Assembly (NCBI GenBank): GCA_963710605.1
Contig: CAVQBA010000002.1
Location: 64,001-128,000, forward strand
Origin: an uncultured cyanobacterium
Lineage (GTDB): Bacteria > Cyanobacteriota > Cyanobacteriia > Cyanobacteriales > Cyanobacteriaceae
Direction: 5' to 3'
Length of the DNA: 64,000 bases
In this document: positions 1 through 9,761 of the stretch, piece by piece
Position numbering within the stretch: the stretch's first letter is position 1
How the letters are laid out: every line of letters begins with the position of its first letter
Translations under genes and position numbers: made by a program
The notes under the pieces: generated by a model
Seen by the model: only the letters and a program-made list of their open reading frames with translations
The model's database searches: none
What the model was told of the DNA's origin: nothing

Positions 1-63
1 TTTCCAAGAATTGATATCGATCGTATTAGTAGATTGCATATTCGCAGAGATAATTTATTCTAA
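1..63 (+). CDS. 3' end of an upstream gene (partial, ...FPRIDIDRISRLHIRRDNLF*)
   Basis: Open frame from base 1 to TAA at 61-63; product not identifiable. Confidence 0.4.
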   Translation, partial: FPRIDIDRISRLHIRRDNLF

Positions 64-92
64 TACTAAGTTCAAAAAAGAAAAAGACAGAC

Positions 93-128
93 TAATCCCC
101 CTAAATCCCCCTTCGTAAGGGGGACTTA
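93..128. repeat. Cyanobacterial palindromic repeat (CCCCCTAAATCCCCCTT..AAGGGGGAC); inverted copy at about 1876-1912
   Basis: Hairpin CCCCCTT-CGT-AAGGGGG; reverse-complement relative at 1876-1912. Confidence 0.7.
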
Positions 129-249
129 ACAGTAACAAAGTAACAACTGTTGTAAATTTTATTTTAATTAGTATAAGTTGGTAGATGTTGTTAAAAAAAA
201 TCGCTCGTAATAGAAAGATATATTAGTCTATGAAAGTAAACATGTCACC

Positions 250-378
250 TTCGTAGGTTGGGTTGAAGTACCGAAAATCTTCAGATAGAAACTATAAATA
301 AAATAAAAACGAAACCCAACATTTAATACGAATCGAGATACTTCTCAAATGATAAAGTGATTAGTTGATTAATCGTTT
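250..378 (+). repeat. 129-bp leader repeat, copy 1, containing a GTAG-type REP (GTAGGTTGGGTTGA...CGAAACCCAAC)
   Basis: Aligns along its length with 1073-1201. Confidence 0.9.
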
Positions 379-391
379 GAATACTTGGATT

Positions 392-1036
392 ATGAACAAA
401 GAAGAATTCACTAGAAGACTTAATTGGAAAGATTTTGTAGGAGTCAATTTGAGTCATGCTAATTTGAAAGGAGTCCACTTCTGTGAGTGCGATTTGAGTG
501 AAGCCAATTTGACAGGGGCTGATTTGACAGATGCTGATTTTACTGAAGCCATCTTAGTTGAGACTAATTTTGGTGGGGCTGATTTGACTAATACTGTTTT
601 CCAAGATGCTCTGTTTTGTCAAACTATTATGCCCTATGGTGAAATCAAAAATAGTACCGATCGAATTATTATGATTAGTCAAGAATTACTCGATCGTTAT
701 GCTTCTGGAGAAAGAAATTTTCAATCTATTATTATTCCTCATGCTGACTTGAGAGAGGCTAATTTATGTGAGATAGATCTGTGGGGTGCTTATTTAAGAG
801 GAGCGAATCTTCGTGGTACAAATTTATCTAGGTCGTGTCTCAATGGTGTTAATTTTGCCGATGCGGACTTTAGAAATGCTAATTTATTAGATTGTCAGAC
901 TGAAGATGCTAATTTTTTCAGAGCTAATTTTACTGGTGCTAAAATAAGTGGTCATAGTCTTTATTGGATGACTTTTATGCACAACACTATTTTACCCGAT
1001 GGAGAAGTTTTCATTGGACCTAGCGACGGAGATTAA
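392..1036 (+). CDS. Pentapeptide-repeat protein with two modules
   Basis: A(D/N)Lxx repeats; ELLDRYASGERNF cap; TIMPYG and TILPDG ends; ATG at 392 is more plausible than TTG at 365. Confidence 0.9.
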   Translation: MNKEEFTRRLNWKDFVGVNLSHANLKGVHFCECDLSEANLTGADLTDADFTEAILVETNFGGADLTNTVFQDALFCQTIMPYGEIKNSTDRIIMISQELLDRYASGERNFQSIIIPHADLREANLCEIDLWGAYLRGANLRGTNLSRSCLNGVNFADADFRNANLLDCQTEDANFFRANFTGAKISGHSLYWMTFMHNTILPDGEVFIGPSDGD

Positions 1037-1072
1037 TCTTGAATTGAATTCATTTTGAATACGATCGTTACT

Positions 1073-1201
1073 TTCGTAGGTTGGGTTGAAGTACCGAAAA
1101 CCTTCAGATATAAATGATAAATAAAATAAAAACGAAACCCAACATTCTTTTACGATCGAGATACTTCCCAAAGGATAAAGTTATTAATTGATTAATTGTT
1201 T
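1073..1201 (+). repeat. 129-bp leader repeat, copy 2, containing a GTAG-type REP
   Basis: Direct repeat of 250-378. Confidence 0.9.
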
Positions 1202-1211
1202 AGAGATTTGA

Positions 1212-1787
1212 ATGATGTATATTACTACTGAAGAAGTACTTAGAAGATACGCTAGTGGAGAAAGAGATTTTACTTGGATTAAAGTTCGCATCGTTGGTGA
1301 ATTTCTTAATGTCGATCTTAGTGAAATAAATTTGAGTGGTGTTGATGTTGGTGATTCTATTCTGGAAGGATGCAATTTTACTCACGCCAATCTTAGTTAT
1401 GCTGGGTTGGCTGAAACTGGTTTGTATAATAGTAATTTTAGATTTGCCAAATTGATCGAAACTCGTTTTGAATGTTCTGATTTGACAGAGGTTGACTTGA
1501 CAGGGGCTAACTTGACAAATGCTAGCTTCCAAATGGCAGATTTGACAGATGCTAATTTGACTGATACCAATTTGACTGGTACTGATTTTGATGGTGCTAG
1601 TTTGACTGGTACTAATTTGACTAATGCCAATCTGACGGGTGCTAATCTTGATTGTGCTAGTTTGACTGGTGCTAATTTGACTAATGCCAATTTGACTAGT
1701 GCTAATTTGATTGATGCCGATTTTGGTGGGGCTATTTTCTGTAACACTTTGATGCCCGATGGAACTTATCACAATGATCGTGGTTGA
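1212..1787 (+). CDS. Pentapeptide-repeat protein
   Basis: EVLRRYASGERDF cap, ANLTG repeats, TLMPDG end. Confidence 0.92.
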   Translation: MMYITTEEVLRRYASGERDFTWIKVRIVGEFLNVDLSEINLSGVDVGDSILEGCNFTHANLSYAGLAETGLYNSNFRFAKLIETRFECSDLTEVDLTGANLTNASFQMADLTDANLTDTNLTGTDFDGASLTGTNLTNANLTGANLDCASLTGANLTNANLTSANLIDADFGGAIFCNTLMPDGTYHNDRG

Positions 1788-1993
1788 TACTCAATAGTTT
1801 TAATTAGTACGATAGTGTAGGAAATTCGATCGTAATATAGCTTTTATCATTTTCACACGGTATAAGAAAAAATGGTAAGTCCCACTTTCAAAGGGGGATG
1901 AGTGGGGGATTTATCTCTATTTACAGTTAATGATGACTCATACGATCGATTTATTAAGCTAAAATATGGTCAAGTTGTAACTGATAAAAACAG

Positions 1994-2575
1994 ATGGTTA
2001 GTGAAATAACACCACCAAAAACTAAACTCTCTCCTGAAGAATATCTAAAAACGGAAAAAACAAGAGATATTAAACATGAATATATAAAAGGAGAGATATA
2101 CGAAATGGCAGGTGCAAGTGATTCTCATGTAACAATAGCAGGTAATCTATTTTCTTTATTAAAAAGTTTTTTGCGAGGAAAAAATTGCCGAGTTTATATT
2201 GCGGATATGAAAGTACAAATTGAAAGAACTAATGTTTTTTATTATCCTGATGTGATAGTTACTTGCGATTCTAGAGATCGAGAATATTCTTATTATAAAA
2301 AGTATCCTAAATTAATTATTGAAGTTTTATCTCAAAGCACCGAAGCAAAAGATAGAGGTAATAAATTTGCTAATTATCGTCAACTAGATACCCTTGAAGA
2401 ATATGTCTTAGTTTCTCAAAATCAAATGGAAGTAGAATGTTTTCGACGTAACCAAGATAATTTATGGGTATTGCATCCTTATCAGAATCCCGATCAATTA
2501 GTTACTTTTTCTAGTCTTGATTTTAGTTTTTCTTTGACTGATTTATACGAAGATGTTGTTTTTGAAGCACAATAA
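1994..2575 (+). CDS. Uma2 family (PD-(D/E)xK) endonuclease-like protein
   Basis: HEYIKGEIYEMAG, YYPDVIVTC, IIEVLSQSTEAKDRG motifs. Confidence 0.92.
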   Translation: MVSEITPPKTKLSPEEYLKTEKTRDIKHEYIKGEIYEMAGASDSHVTIAGNLFSLLKSFLRGKNCRVYIADMKVQIERTNVFYYPDVIVTCDSRDREYSYYKKYPKLIIEVLSQSTEAKDRGNKFANYRQLDTLEEYVLVSQNQMEVECFRRNQDNLWVLHPYQNPDQLVTFSSLDFSFSLTDLYEDVVFEAQ

Positions 2576-2673
2576 GTCTAAAGTATTTCAAGCAGTAGAG
2601 AATTAATCTGTCTTTGGTATTTTAAATAGCTAGAATATGTTGTAACTAAGTTTAAATAAAAATAAAATCCGTT

Positions 2674-3789
2674 ATGAATTGGTGGTCTAAACTGAAAAAA
2701 AATCCTTTAGCCAGACTAGGAGCGATTATCTTAATTTGTTTTTATCTACTGGTGATTTTCGCTGATTTTATTGCTCCTTATAATCCTTACTCGGCTCAAG
2801 ATAACGGCTCTTTGTTACCACCGACTACTATTTATTGGCGTACTATTGACAAACAATTTATTGGTCCTCATGTTTACCCCACTATACAAGGTAAAACCGA
2901 TCTGGATACAGGCGATCGATTTTTAGAATCAGATTACAGCAAACCATCACCAATTCGTCTTTTTGTCAAGGGAGATCCCTATCAATTTTTAGAAATCAGA
3001 TTACCGTTACCGCCAAAATTTGCAGAAGTAGAAATCTTTTCAGGTATAAAGCTCGATCGACATTTATTTGGCACTAAAGGGGAAGGAAAAATCAATCTTT
3101 TAGGTACAGACGAACAAGGAAGAGATCAACTCAGTCGTTTACTCTATGGCGGTAGAATCAGTCTTTTTATCGGTTTAATTGGTATTTTGATCTCTTTTCC
3201 GATCGGCTTACTAGTAGGAGGAATTTCAGGCTATTTTGGCGGAATTGTTGATAGTATTTTGATGAGATTTATTGAAGTATTGATGAGTATTCCGGGGCTT
3301 TATTTACTGATCGCTTTAGCGGCGGTTTTACCAGCAAGTTTGAGTAGCGCACAACGATTTTTCCTGATTATTTTAATCACATCTTTTATTAGTTGGTCAG
3401 GACTTGCTAGAGTAGTTAGAGGGCAAGTTTTAGGGCTTAAGCAACAAGAATTTGTCTCCTCAGCAAAAGCGATCGGTGCTAATCCTTTTTACATTATTAT
3501 CAAGCATATACTACCGCAAACCGCAACTTATGTTGTCATTTCAGCTACTTTAGCTATTCCCAGTTTTATCGTCGCCGAGGCTGTTTTAAGTTTAATTGGT
3601 TTGGGTATCCAGCAACCCGATCCAAGTTGGGGTAATATGTTATCTTTAGCCACGAATGCTTCTATTTTAGTATTACAACCTTGGTTGGTTTTTACCCCTG
3701 CTATTTTGATTGTTTTAACTGTGCTTTCTTTTAATTTATTAGGCGATGGTTTACGTGATGCGTTAGATCCTAAAAATAGTCAAAATTAA
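2674..3789 (+). CDS. Peptide/nickel ABC transporter permease (OppC/DppC-like)
   Basis: LLGTDEQGRDQLSRLLYGGRISL, EAA-like loop, GDGLRDALDP end. Confidence 0.92.
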   Translation: MNWWSKLKKNPLARLGAIILICFYLLVIFADFIAPYNPYSAQDNGSLLPPTTIYWRTIDKQFIGPHVYPTIQGKTDLDTGDRFLESDYSKPSPIRLFVKGDPYQFLEIRLPLPPKFAEVEIFSGIKLDRHLFGTKGEGKINLLGTDEQGRDQLSRLLYGGRISLFIGLIGILISFPIGLLVGGISGYFGGIVDSILMRFIEVLMSIPGLYLLIALAAVLPASLSSAQRFFLIILITSFISWSGLARVVRGQVLGLKQQEFVSSAKAIGANPFYIIIKHILPQTATYVVISATLAIPSFIVAEAVLSLIGLGIQQPDPSWGNMLSLATNASILVLQPWLVFTPAILIVLTVLSFNLLGDGLRDALDPKNSQN

Positions 3790-3826
3790 TGATAAGTGCT
3801 TATATAAATTAAGTTATCAATTTTTT

Positions 3827-3854
3827 GTAGGGGTGCAAGGTTTGCACCCTCTAT
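3827..3854. repeat. GTAG-type REP palindrome
   Basis: GTAGGGGTGCAA-GGT-TTGCACCC. Confidence 0.7.
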
Positions 3855-3922
3855 TCAGCGGAGGTTCAACATTATCAAAGCAAAATCATACCAAATTCAA
3901 AAAATAAAAATATAGATTAAAT

Positions 3923-4498
3923 TTAGAAAAAATATCGAAGATAAAAACGGAGATAAAAAACTAGATAAATGGTAGCGTTAAATAAAACTAAACCTTTTGC
4001 CCACCAAGAATTAAACTGATTATATAAGAAAAAAGTACTAATATTTACTAATAATAATTCAACTAAAGATACCCATTTAGCATAATGACGAGAATCCCAA
4101 TAAGAAAGAGGGCTAATGAAGCGGTAATTAGTTAAAGGGACAAAATGTCGATGAGCATCATCATGATGGACAGGTAGATCGAATAGGCAATGAACAATCA
4201 TACTAATCAACATAATCTTTACCCAATTCCAATGATAAAAATGACAAATCCCGACTCCTACTAAACATAAAACGATCGAGTTAGGAATTGCAAATATATT
4301 TTGCCAATAATCAGTAAAATATACCTCAGACCAAATTTTATTAGCTGGTATCTTACCAATAAATTTAGCCCAAAAATAAAACCAAAAAATTGCAATATCG
4401 GGTAAAATACTACCAATTATAATCGGTAAATAAAACTTATTTGTGTCTTCTTTACTAAGTAAAAAAAGATTGATAACTACATGACTAGGAGTATTCAT
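3923..4498 (-). CDS. Membrane protein, possibly a metal-dependent hydrolase
   Basis: MNTPSH, LPD, HxxxD..HHDDAHRHF motifs with hydrophobic segments. Confidence 0.65.
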   Translation of the reverse strand: MNTPSHVVINLFLLSKEDTNKFYLPIIIGSILPDIAIFWFYFWAKFIGKIPANKIWSEVYFTDYWQNIFAIPNSIVLCLVGVGICHFYHWNWVKIMLISMIVHCLFDLPVHHDDAHRHFVPLTNYRFISPLSYWDSRHYAKWVSLVELLLVNISTFFLYNQFNSWWAKGLVLFNATIYLVFYLRFYLRYFF

Positions 4499-4508
4499 AA
4501 ACAGTTGA

Positions 4509-4615
4509 TATAGCAGTAAACAAGTACGTTATGACATCTATATCTTCTTTCCCCTCTTTTCAAAGGAGGGGTTAGGGGTGGTTGAATGTCAAGAGTAAAA
4601 TCATTATTTGCTATA
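4509..4615. repeat. TATAGC...GCTATA-bounded MITE-like repeat; reverse-complement relative at about 16778-16855
   Basis: Shared TATAGCAGTA...GACATCTA and GGAGGGGTTAGGGGTGGTTGAAT blocks. Confidence 0.75.
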
Positions 4616-4649
4616 ACCGATAACTATTAACTATTAACTATTAACTACT

Positions 4650-5267
4650 TTAAGAAGATATTCTTTGAGCAAACATTTGTCTTAAAACATGAGCGGGGTC
4701 AACATGATTGCCATTATATTTAAGTACCCAATGTAAATGAGGGCCTGTTGTTCTACCCGTCATGCCAATTCTACCAATTCTTGCACCAGAAGGAATTTTT
4801 TGTCCTTTAAACAAAACAATACCACCGCTTCGATCGACTAAAGCTATACCTTTAGAAGTATTCTCTACACTACCCATCAAATGACAATAAGTATGAGTCC
4901 AGCTACCAGACTGGATTTTGATCATCGTACCACAATTAGTATTATCTGATAAATGAACAATCTGCCCACTCCACCAGTTACGAACATAACTACCTAAAGG
5001 AGCGGCTAAATCTAGTCCATTATGAAAACTTCTTCTTCCTGTCACAGGATGAATACGATAACCAAAACCCGATGTATAAGCCTGAAAATTCTCGACAGGA
5101 AAAGAGGCGTTTCGCCAAGAAGTTGAATTTTTAACGTTTACAGCCTGTGCTTGTACAGATTTTGTCTGAAGTGGATTAACAATATCCGTGGTAACAACTG
5201 TTGTAAGACTTAACAATAAACCTAATAGAAATAGGTATTTATTCCTGAACTTGATCAATTTAGACAT
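4650..5267 (-). CDS. M23 family peptidase
   Basis: HNGLDLAAP (HxxxD), YCHL, TGPHLH; N-terminal signal peptide. Confidence 0.92.
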   Translation of the reverse strand: MSKLIKFRNKYLFLLGLLLSLTTVVTTDIVNPLQTKSVQAQAVNVKNSTSWRNASFPVENFQAYTSGFGYRIHPVTGRRSFHNGLDLAAPLGSYVRNWWSGQIVHLSDNTNCGTMIKIQSGSWTHTYCHLMGSVENTSKGIALVDRSGGIVLFKGQKIPSGARIGRIGMTGRTTGPHLHWVLKYNGNHVDPAHVLRQMFAQRISS

Positions 5268-5408
5268 TCACCCTCACTAGGAAAAAATAGTAATTTATAC
5301 TTATGTCTTTATGCATATTTTACGTTTTTAATTCTAGCTTAATTTTGTGGAGTTTCTAAATAAATGAATATAATTATAGTTAATGATTTATTATCTTATT
5401 AATCGTCT

Positions 5409-5849
5409 ATGACTATAACTGTAGATTTACGTGCGGCTAAAATTCCTTTAATTGGCAATATAGCGGTTCATTATTGGTTTGTTATCAACGAGGAAGAAGA
5501 GATTCAAAGATGGGAAATTTGGCAATCACAAAATAGAGGGCAAACTTGTTGGAAACATTTACATTGTAATTTAATGCATCACGATCGAGGTGTCGGTAAT
5601 GGAGATAGTTGGTTAGAAAAAAGATGGCATGGTATCGAAGCTCAAAATTTGGCGAAGATAATTAGAAAAACTCCGATCGAATATCCTTATAATTCTTGTT
5701 ACCGTTATTATCCTGGTCCTAATAGTAATACTTATGTACAATGGATTTTAAACCAAGCTCAAATTAATCATCGTTTAAGTCGTCGTGGTTTAGGTAAATA
5801 TTATCTAAAATTAGAGCAGTTTTTCTCTCGATTTTGGCTACAAAAGTAA
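5409..5849 (+). CDS. DUF3750-like protein
   Basis: AVHYWFV, RWEIW, YRYYPGPNSNTYV motifs. Confidence 0.75.
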   Translation: MTITVDLRAAKIPLIGNIAVHYWFVINEEEEIQRWEIWQSQNRGQTCWKHLHCNLMHHDRGVGNGDSWLEKRWHGIEAQNLAKIIRKTPIEYPYNSCYRYYPGPNSNTYVQWILNQAQINHRLSRRGLGKYYLKLEQFFSRFWLQK

Positions 5850-5940
5850 TTAAAAAATTGTTAACAACTGATACTAAACATTACTTTTATTTTTTATAAA
5901 AGAGGTTGAATTATTAATTATTAATTATTAATTAACTATA

Positions 5941-6594
5941 CTAATCATAAGAATGTAATTTATTTTTAAGACTATTTAAAGTTTGACATAATTGCTCGAT
6001 TTTTAAAATATCTTTATTCCCTGCATTAATTTCAACGCCACTAGAAAGATCTAAACCATCACAGGGTACAGTATTAAGAGCTTTTGCTACATTATCAGGT
6101 TTCAAGCCTCCTGCTAGTAACCATGGACGTTGAGGACGAAAATCAGTTAAATCCTGCCAATTTAATTGTTTGCCCGTACCACCATAAACACCAACTTGAT
6201 AAGCATCTAATAAGATAGTATCAATTACGGGTAAGTAGCTATTTAGTTGTTGTAAAGATTCTCGGTTTTGGTAACGAAAAGCTTTAATAATTTCGGTTTT
6301 AGGAAGTAAAGTTGTTAATTGCTGACAATAATCAACTGTTTCATCTCCATGTAATTGAATTGCAGTTAAGTTTGTTTGAGTCACAATTTCGACAATTTTA
6401 TCTATCTCTTCATTAACAAAAACCCCAACTGTACTAATTTCTTCAGGTAATTGTTGAATAATTGTTTTAATCTGAATCGGCGAAATGTAACGAGGAGATT
6501 CCAAAACACAAATAAAACCGAGAGTATCTACTCCTAAATTAACAATATCGATCGCTTGTTCGATTTTAGTGATACCACATATTTTGAGTCGCAT
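5941..6594 (-). CDS. trpF: Phosphoribosylanthranilate isomerase
   Basis: LKICGIT, IQLHGDE, GGTGK, LAGGL, DLSSGVE. Confidence 0.97.
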   Translation of the reverse strand: MRLKICGITKIEQAIDIVNLGVDTLGFICVLESPRYISPIQIKTIIQQLPEEISTVGVFVNEEIDKIVEIVTQTNLTAIQLHGDETVDYCQQLTTLLPKTEIIKAFRYQNRESLQQLNSYLPVIDTILLDAYQVGVYGGTGKQLNWQDLTDFRPQRPWLLAGGLKPDNVAKALNTVPCDGLDLSSGVEINAGNKDILKIEQLCQTLNSLKNKLHSYD

Positions 6595-6691
6595 AAAGAA
6601 AAATAAACTTTTTTTAAGAAAATTGTTTCCGGTAGTAATGAGACTTTAACATAACACTCACTAGTTAAAATCATCAAATTAAAATAAACCT

Positions 6692-6964
6692 ATGAATTTT
6701 TTATCTTTATCACTCTTAGCCAGTATGCCACAGACGGTATCTTGGAATTACAAAGTTGCGATCGTGATGATTACAGCTAATTTATTAGCCGTTTTTATCG
6801 GACGTTTTGCCATTCAAAGAGTAGGAATTGGACCTAGTTTGGTTAATAACAAACCAGCTTTATGGAAAAACTTTGGATTACCAGAACTATTAGCCACCTT
6901 CAGTTTTGGACATATTCTTGGTGCGGGATTCATCTTAGCATTTGCTAACGCTGGATTATTATAA
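6692..6964 (+). CDS. psaK: Photosystem I subunit PsaK
   Basis: FGLPELLATFSFGHILGAG motif, two transmembrane helices. Confidence 0.93.
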   Translation: MNFLSLSLLASMPQTVSWNYKVAIVMITANLLAVFIGRFAIQRVGIGPSLVNNKPALWKNFGLPELLATFSFGHILGAGFILAFANAGLL

Positions 6965-6985
6965 ATCATTATCAAAAAATATTAA

Positions 6986-7022
6986 TTCCCCACTTTCTTC
7001 GTGGGGAGAATCAGGCTTTTAA
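6986..7022 (+). terminator. Putative terminator after psaK
   Basis: CCCCAC-TTTCTTC-GTGGGG hairpin. Confidence 0.55.
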
Positions 7023-7540
7023 CTTTACTTAATTAATCTATTAAAGTGTGATTTTTACTATAGTTTTATTAATATTCTCTTTAATAGTACAAATATCGGC
7101 AAGTACAACTATTTTTTTGATTTTAAAATCTTAACTAGATACTGTACTTAAGTTATAACTTGAACCAATTGTCTTAAAAATATTCACGCAGTATTATTAA
7201 ATCGACTAACTAAAAAAATATTTTAATCGGATAATTCTAAACTAAATTTTTCTTTTTGATCAAGTTAATTTTCCAATTTATCATTATTTAGTTTTGTAAA
7301 CAAATATTAATTATTGTATCGAAATGACAGCTTTTATTTTTAATCTATAAATCTTGAATAGTTGATTAATAGGTTATTAGCAAAAGTTTAATCGCTGATT
7401 AGATATTAACTGACACAATTTTGAGTTACTTAACTTTTGTCTGCTTAAACTATATGATAAGCAAAGGCTATGTAAAGTATTAAAAAGAGCAATATTAACT
7501 TTCTTTTCATTTGCCTTTTTTATAGTTTGTTCTTTTAGGT

Positions 7541-7556
7541 ATAGATAAAAACCTAT
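7541..7556. promoter_or_regulatory. NdhR/CcmR-type box ATAG-N8-CTAT upstream of bicA
   Basis: Exact ATAG-ATAAAAAC-CTAT about 65 bp before the bicA start. Confidence 0.7.
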
Positions 7557-7619
7557 ATACAGAAAAGTCAATCATTTAAAAAAATCTATATATGATGCGT
7601 AGGGAAAATAAAAAAAACA

Positions 7620-9320
7620 ATGGCAATAACGAATAATATACATTTTCGTAATGTACAAGGAGATCTATTTGGTGGTCTCACAGCCGCTGTTATCGCCTTG
7701 CCAATGGCATTAGCATTTGGTATTGCTTCTGGTGCTGGTGCGTCAGCAGGTTTGTGGGGAGCTGTATTAGTCGGTTTTTTTGCGGCTTTGTTTGGCGGTA
7801 CACCAAGTTTGATTTCTGAACCAACAGGGCCGATGACTGTAATTTTTACAGCCGTCATTGCTCACTTGATCGATTTTAGTCCAGACAATGGTTTAGCAAT
7901 GGCTTTTACCGTTGTTATGATGGCAGGACTATTCCAAATATTGTTTGGAATATTAAAGTTAGGTAAATATGTCACAATGATGCCTTATACTGTCATTTCT
8001 GGTTTTATGACAGGTATTGGTTTAATTCTGATTATTTTACAAATTGCTCCTTTTTTAGGGCAGGCTAGTCCTAAAGGTGGGGTATTAGGTACGATTCAAA
8101 ATATACCAACTTTGTTTGCTAATATTAATCCGATCGAAACTATTCTGGCGGTATTAACTGTAGTAATACTTTATTCTGTCCCTAATCGTATCAAGCGTTT
8201 TTGTCCCCCACCACTACTGGCTTTGATTGTTGGTACTGCTGTTTCTCTACTCTTTTTTAGTAACGCTGATATCCGTGTTATTGGTGAAATTCCTACTGGT
8301 TTTCCTGCTTTACAATATCCGATATTTGAAGCTAGCGAAATTAGAGTCATGATTGTTGATGCGATGGTTTTAGCAATGCTAGGTTGTATTGATGCACTTC
8401 TAACTTCAGTTGTCGCCGATAGCCTAACTCGTACTGAACATAATTCAAATAAAGAATTAATCGGACAAGGTTTGGGAAATCTAGTTTCTGGTTTATTTGG
8501 CGGTTTACCCGGTGCTGGTGCAACTATGGGTACTGTCGTTAATATCGAAACTGGTGGACGTACTGCTTTATCTGGTTTAACTCGTGCTTTGATTTTATTT
8601 ATCGTTGTGGTTTGGGCTGCACCTTTAGCCGCAAATATTCCTCTAGCTGTTTTAGCTGGTATCGCTTTAAAAGTTGGTATCAATATCATGGATTGGGTTT
8701 TCTTGAAAAGAGTTCACAAAATTTCTTGGAAAGCGGCGGCAATTGTTTATGGTGTAATCGCTTTAACTGTCTTTGTTGATTTGATGGTAGCTGTTGGTGT
8801 TGGTATCTTTATTGCTAATATTTTGACTATTGACAAATTATCTGAATTACGTTCTAAATCAGTTAAAGTTGTTAGTGATACTGACGATCAAATGATTCTT
8901 TCTGCTGAAGAAAAACAGGTTTTAGATTTAGCGGGTGGTCGTGTTTTACTTTTCCATCTTAGTGGCCCAATGATTTTTGGCGTTGCTAAAGCTATTTCTC
9001 GCGAACATAATGCTATCCAAAATTATGATGTTTTAGTTGTTGATTTAACTGAAGTACCAATTCTGGGTGTTACTTCTTCATTAGCGATCGAAAATGCCAT
9101 CACCGAAGCGATCGATAACAGGCATGAAGTATTTATTGTTGGTGCAACAGGTAAAGTCAGATCTCGTCTAGAAAAACTAGGAATTAGAGGTTTAATTCCT
9201 GAATCTCATTGGACAGACGATCGTACTTTAGCATTACAAAATAGTTTAAATATTGTTCGTCAAAAACAAAGTATTATTTATCCACAACAAGTAGATGATA
9301 ATATTTCTCCATTTGCTTAA
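7620..9320 (+). CDS. bicA: SulP-family Na+-dependent bicarbonate transporter BicA
   Basis: GDLFGGLTAAVIALPMALAFG, ISEPTGPM, NSNKELIGQGLGN, STAS domain; next to sbtAB. Confidence 0.95.
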   Translation: MAITNNIHFRNVQGDLFGGLTAAVIALPMALAFGIASGAGASAGLWGAVLVGFFAALFGGTPSLISEPTGPMTVIFTAVIAHLIDFSPDNGLAMAFTVVMMAGLFQILFGILKLGKYVTMMPYTVISGFMTGIGLILIILQIAPFLGQASPKGGVLGTIQNIPTLFANINPIETILAVLTVVILYSVPNRIKRFCPPPLLALIVGTAVSLLFFSNADIRVIGEIPTGFPALQYPIFEASEIRVMIVDAMVLAMLGCIDALLTSVVADSLTRTEHNSNKELIGQGLGNLVSGLFGGLPGAGATMGTVVNIETGGRTALSGLTRALILFIVVVWAAPLAANIPLAVLAGIALKVGINIMDWVFLKRVHKISWKAAAIVYGVIALTVFVDLMVAVGVGIFIANILTIDKLSELRSKSVKVVSDTDDQMILSAEEKQVLDLAGGRVLLFHLSGPMIFGVAKAISREHNAIQNYDVLVVDLTEVPILGVTSSLAIENAITEAIDNRHEVFIVGATGKVRSRLEKLGIRGLIPESHWTDDRTLALQNSLNIVRQKQSIIYPQQVDDNISPFA

Positions 9321-9667
9321 TTGAATTTATTTATTTTTCATCAAAAATATACCCTAAAAACTACGCTCATTTATTTGGCTATAAATTAAAAGTGAATGAC
9401 TTGAAATAACCAAATTTTATTGCTCACCTTATGTTTCTATTTAAGATTAGTTTTTTTTGTCAGCGTAATCTTAATCAAACACAACAAACTTTGTTCCTGA
9501 GTGAATGTTTTTATCCGAAAATTTTCATTCATAAGCCTTAGCTACAAATCAATTTAATACAGTTAGACTTATATTTGTCACTTTATAGATAAGTTGAAAT
9601 TATCTATAAAATAAATAATCTGTTTTAAATTTTGATAGCTTAAATAATTTTTAGATACATAATAATG

Positions 9668-9715
9668 ATAGAGTTATATCAATGACAAACAAAATATTGA
9701 TTGATTTAGATCTAT
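9668..9715. promoter_or_regulatory. Two near-consensus NdhR/CcmR boxes upstream of sbtA
   Basis: ATAG-N8-CAAT (9668-9683) and ATTG-N8-CTAT (9700-9715). Confidence 0.5.
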
Positions 9716-9761
9716 TTATAAACTTTTGACCCCTAATATATAATTAAGGAGAAATTACAAC

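Noticed and set aside
250-1201. Repeated leader as a CRISPR array or integron attC sites
   Set aside because: Only two long copies separated by a whole gene; no regular spacers, cas genes, integrase or attC-type ends
1184-1772. Minus-strand ORFs over pentapeptide genes (also 18570-19046)
   Set aside because: Antisense shadows of repetitive coding sequence
7586-8689. Antisense ORFs within bicA (similarly within infB, the porin, SulP and the WecB GT)
   Set aside because: They overlap well-supported genes on the other strand and have no motifs
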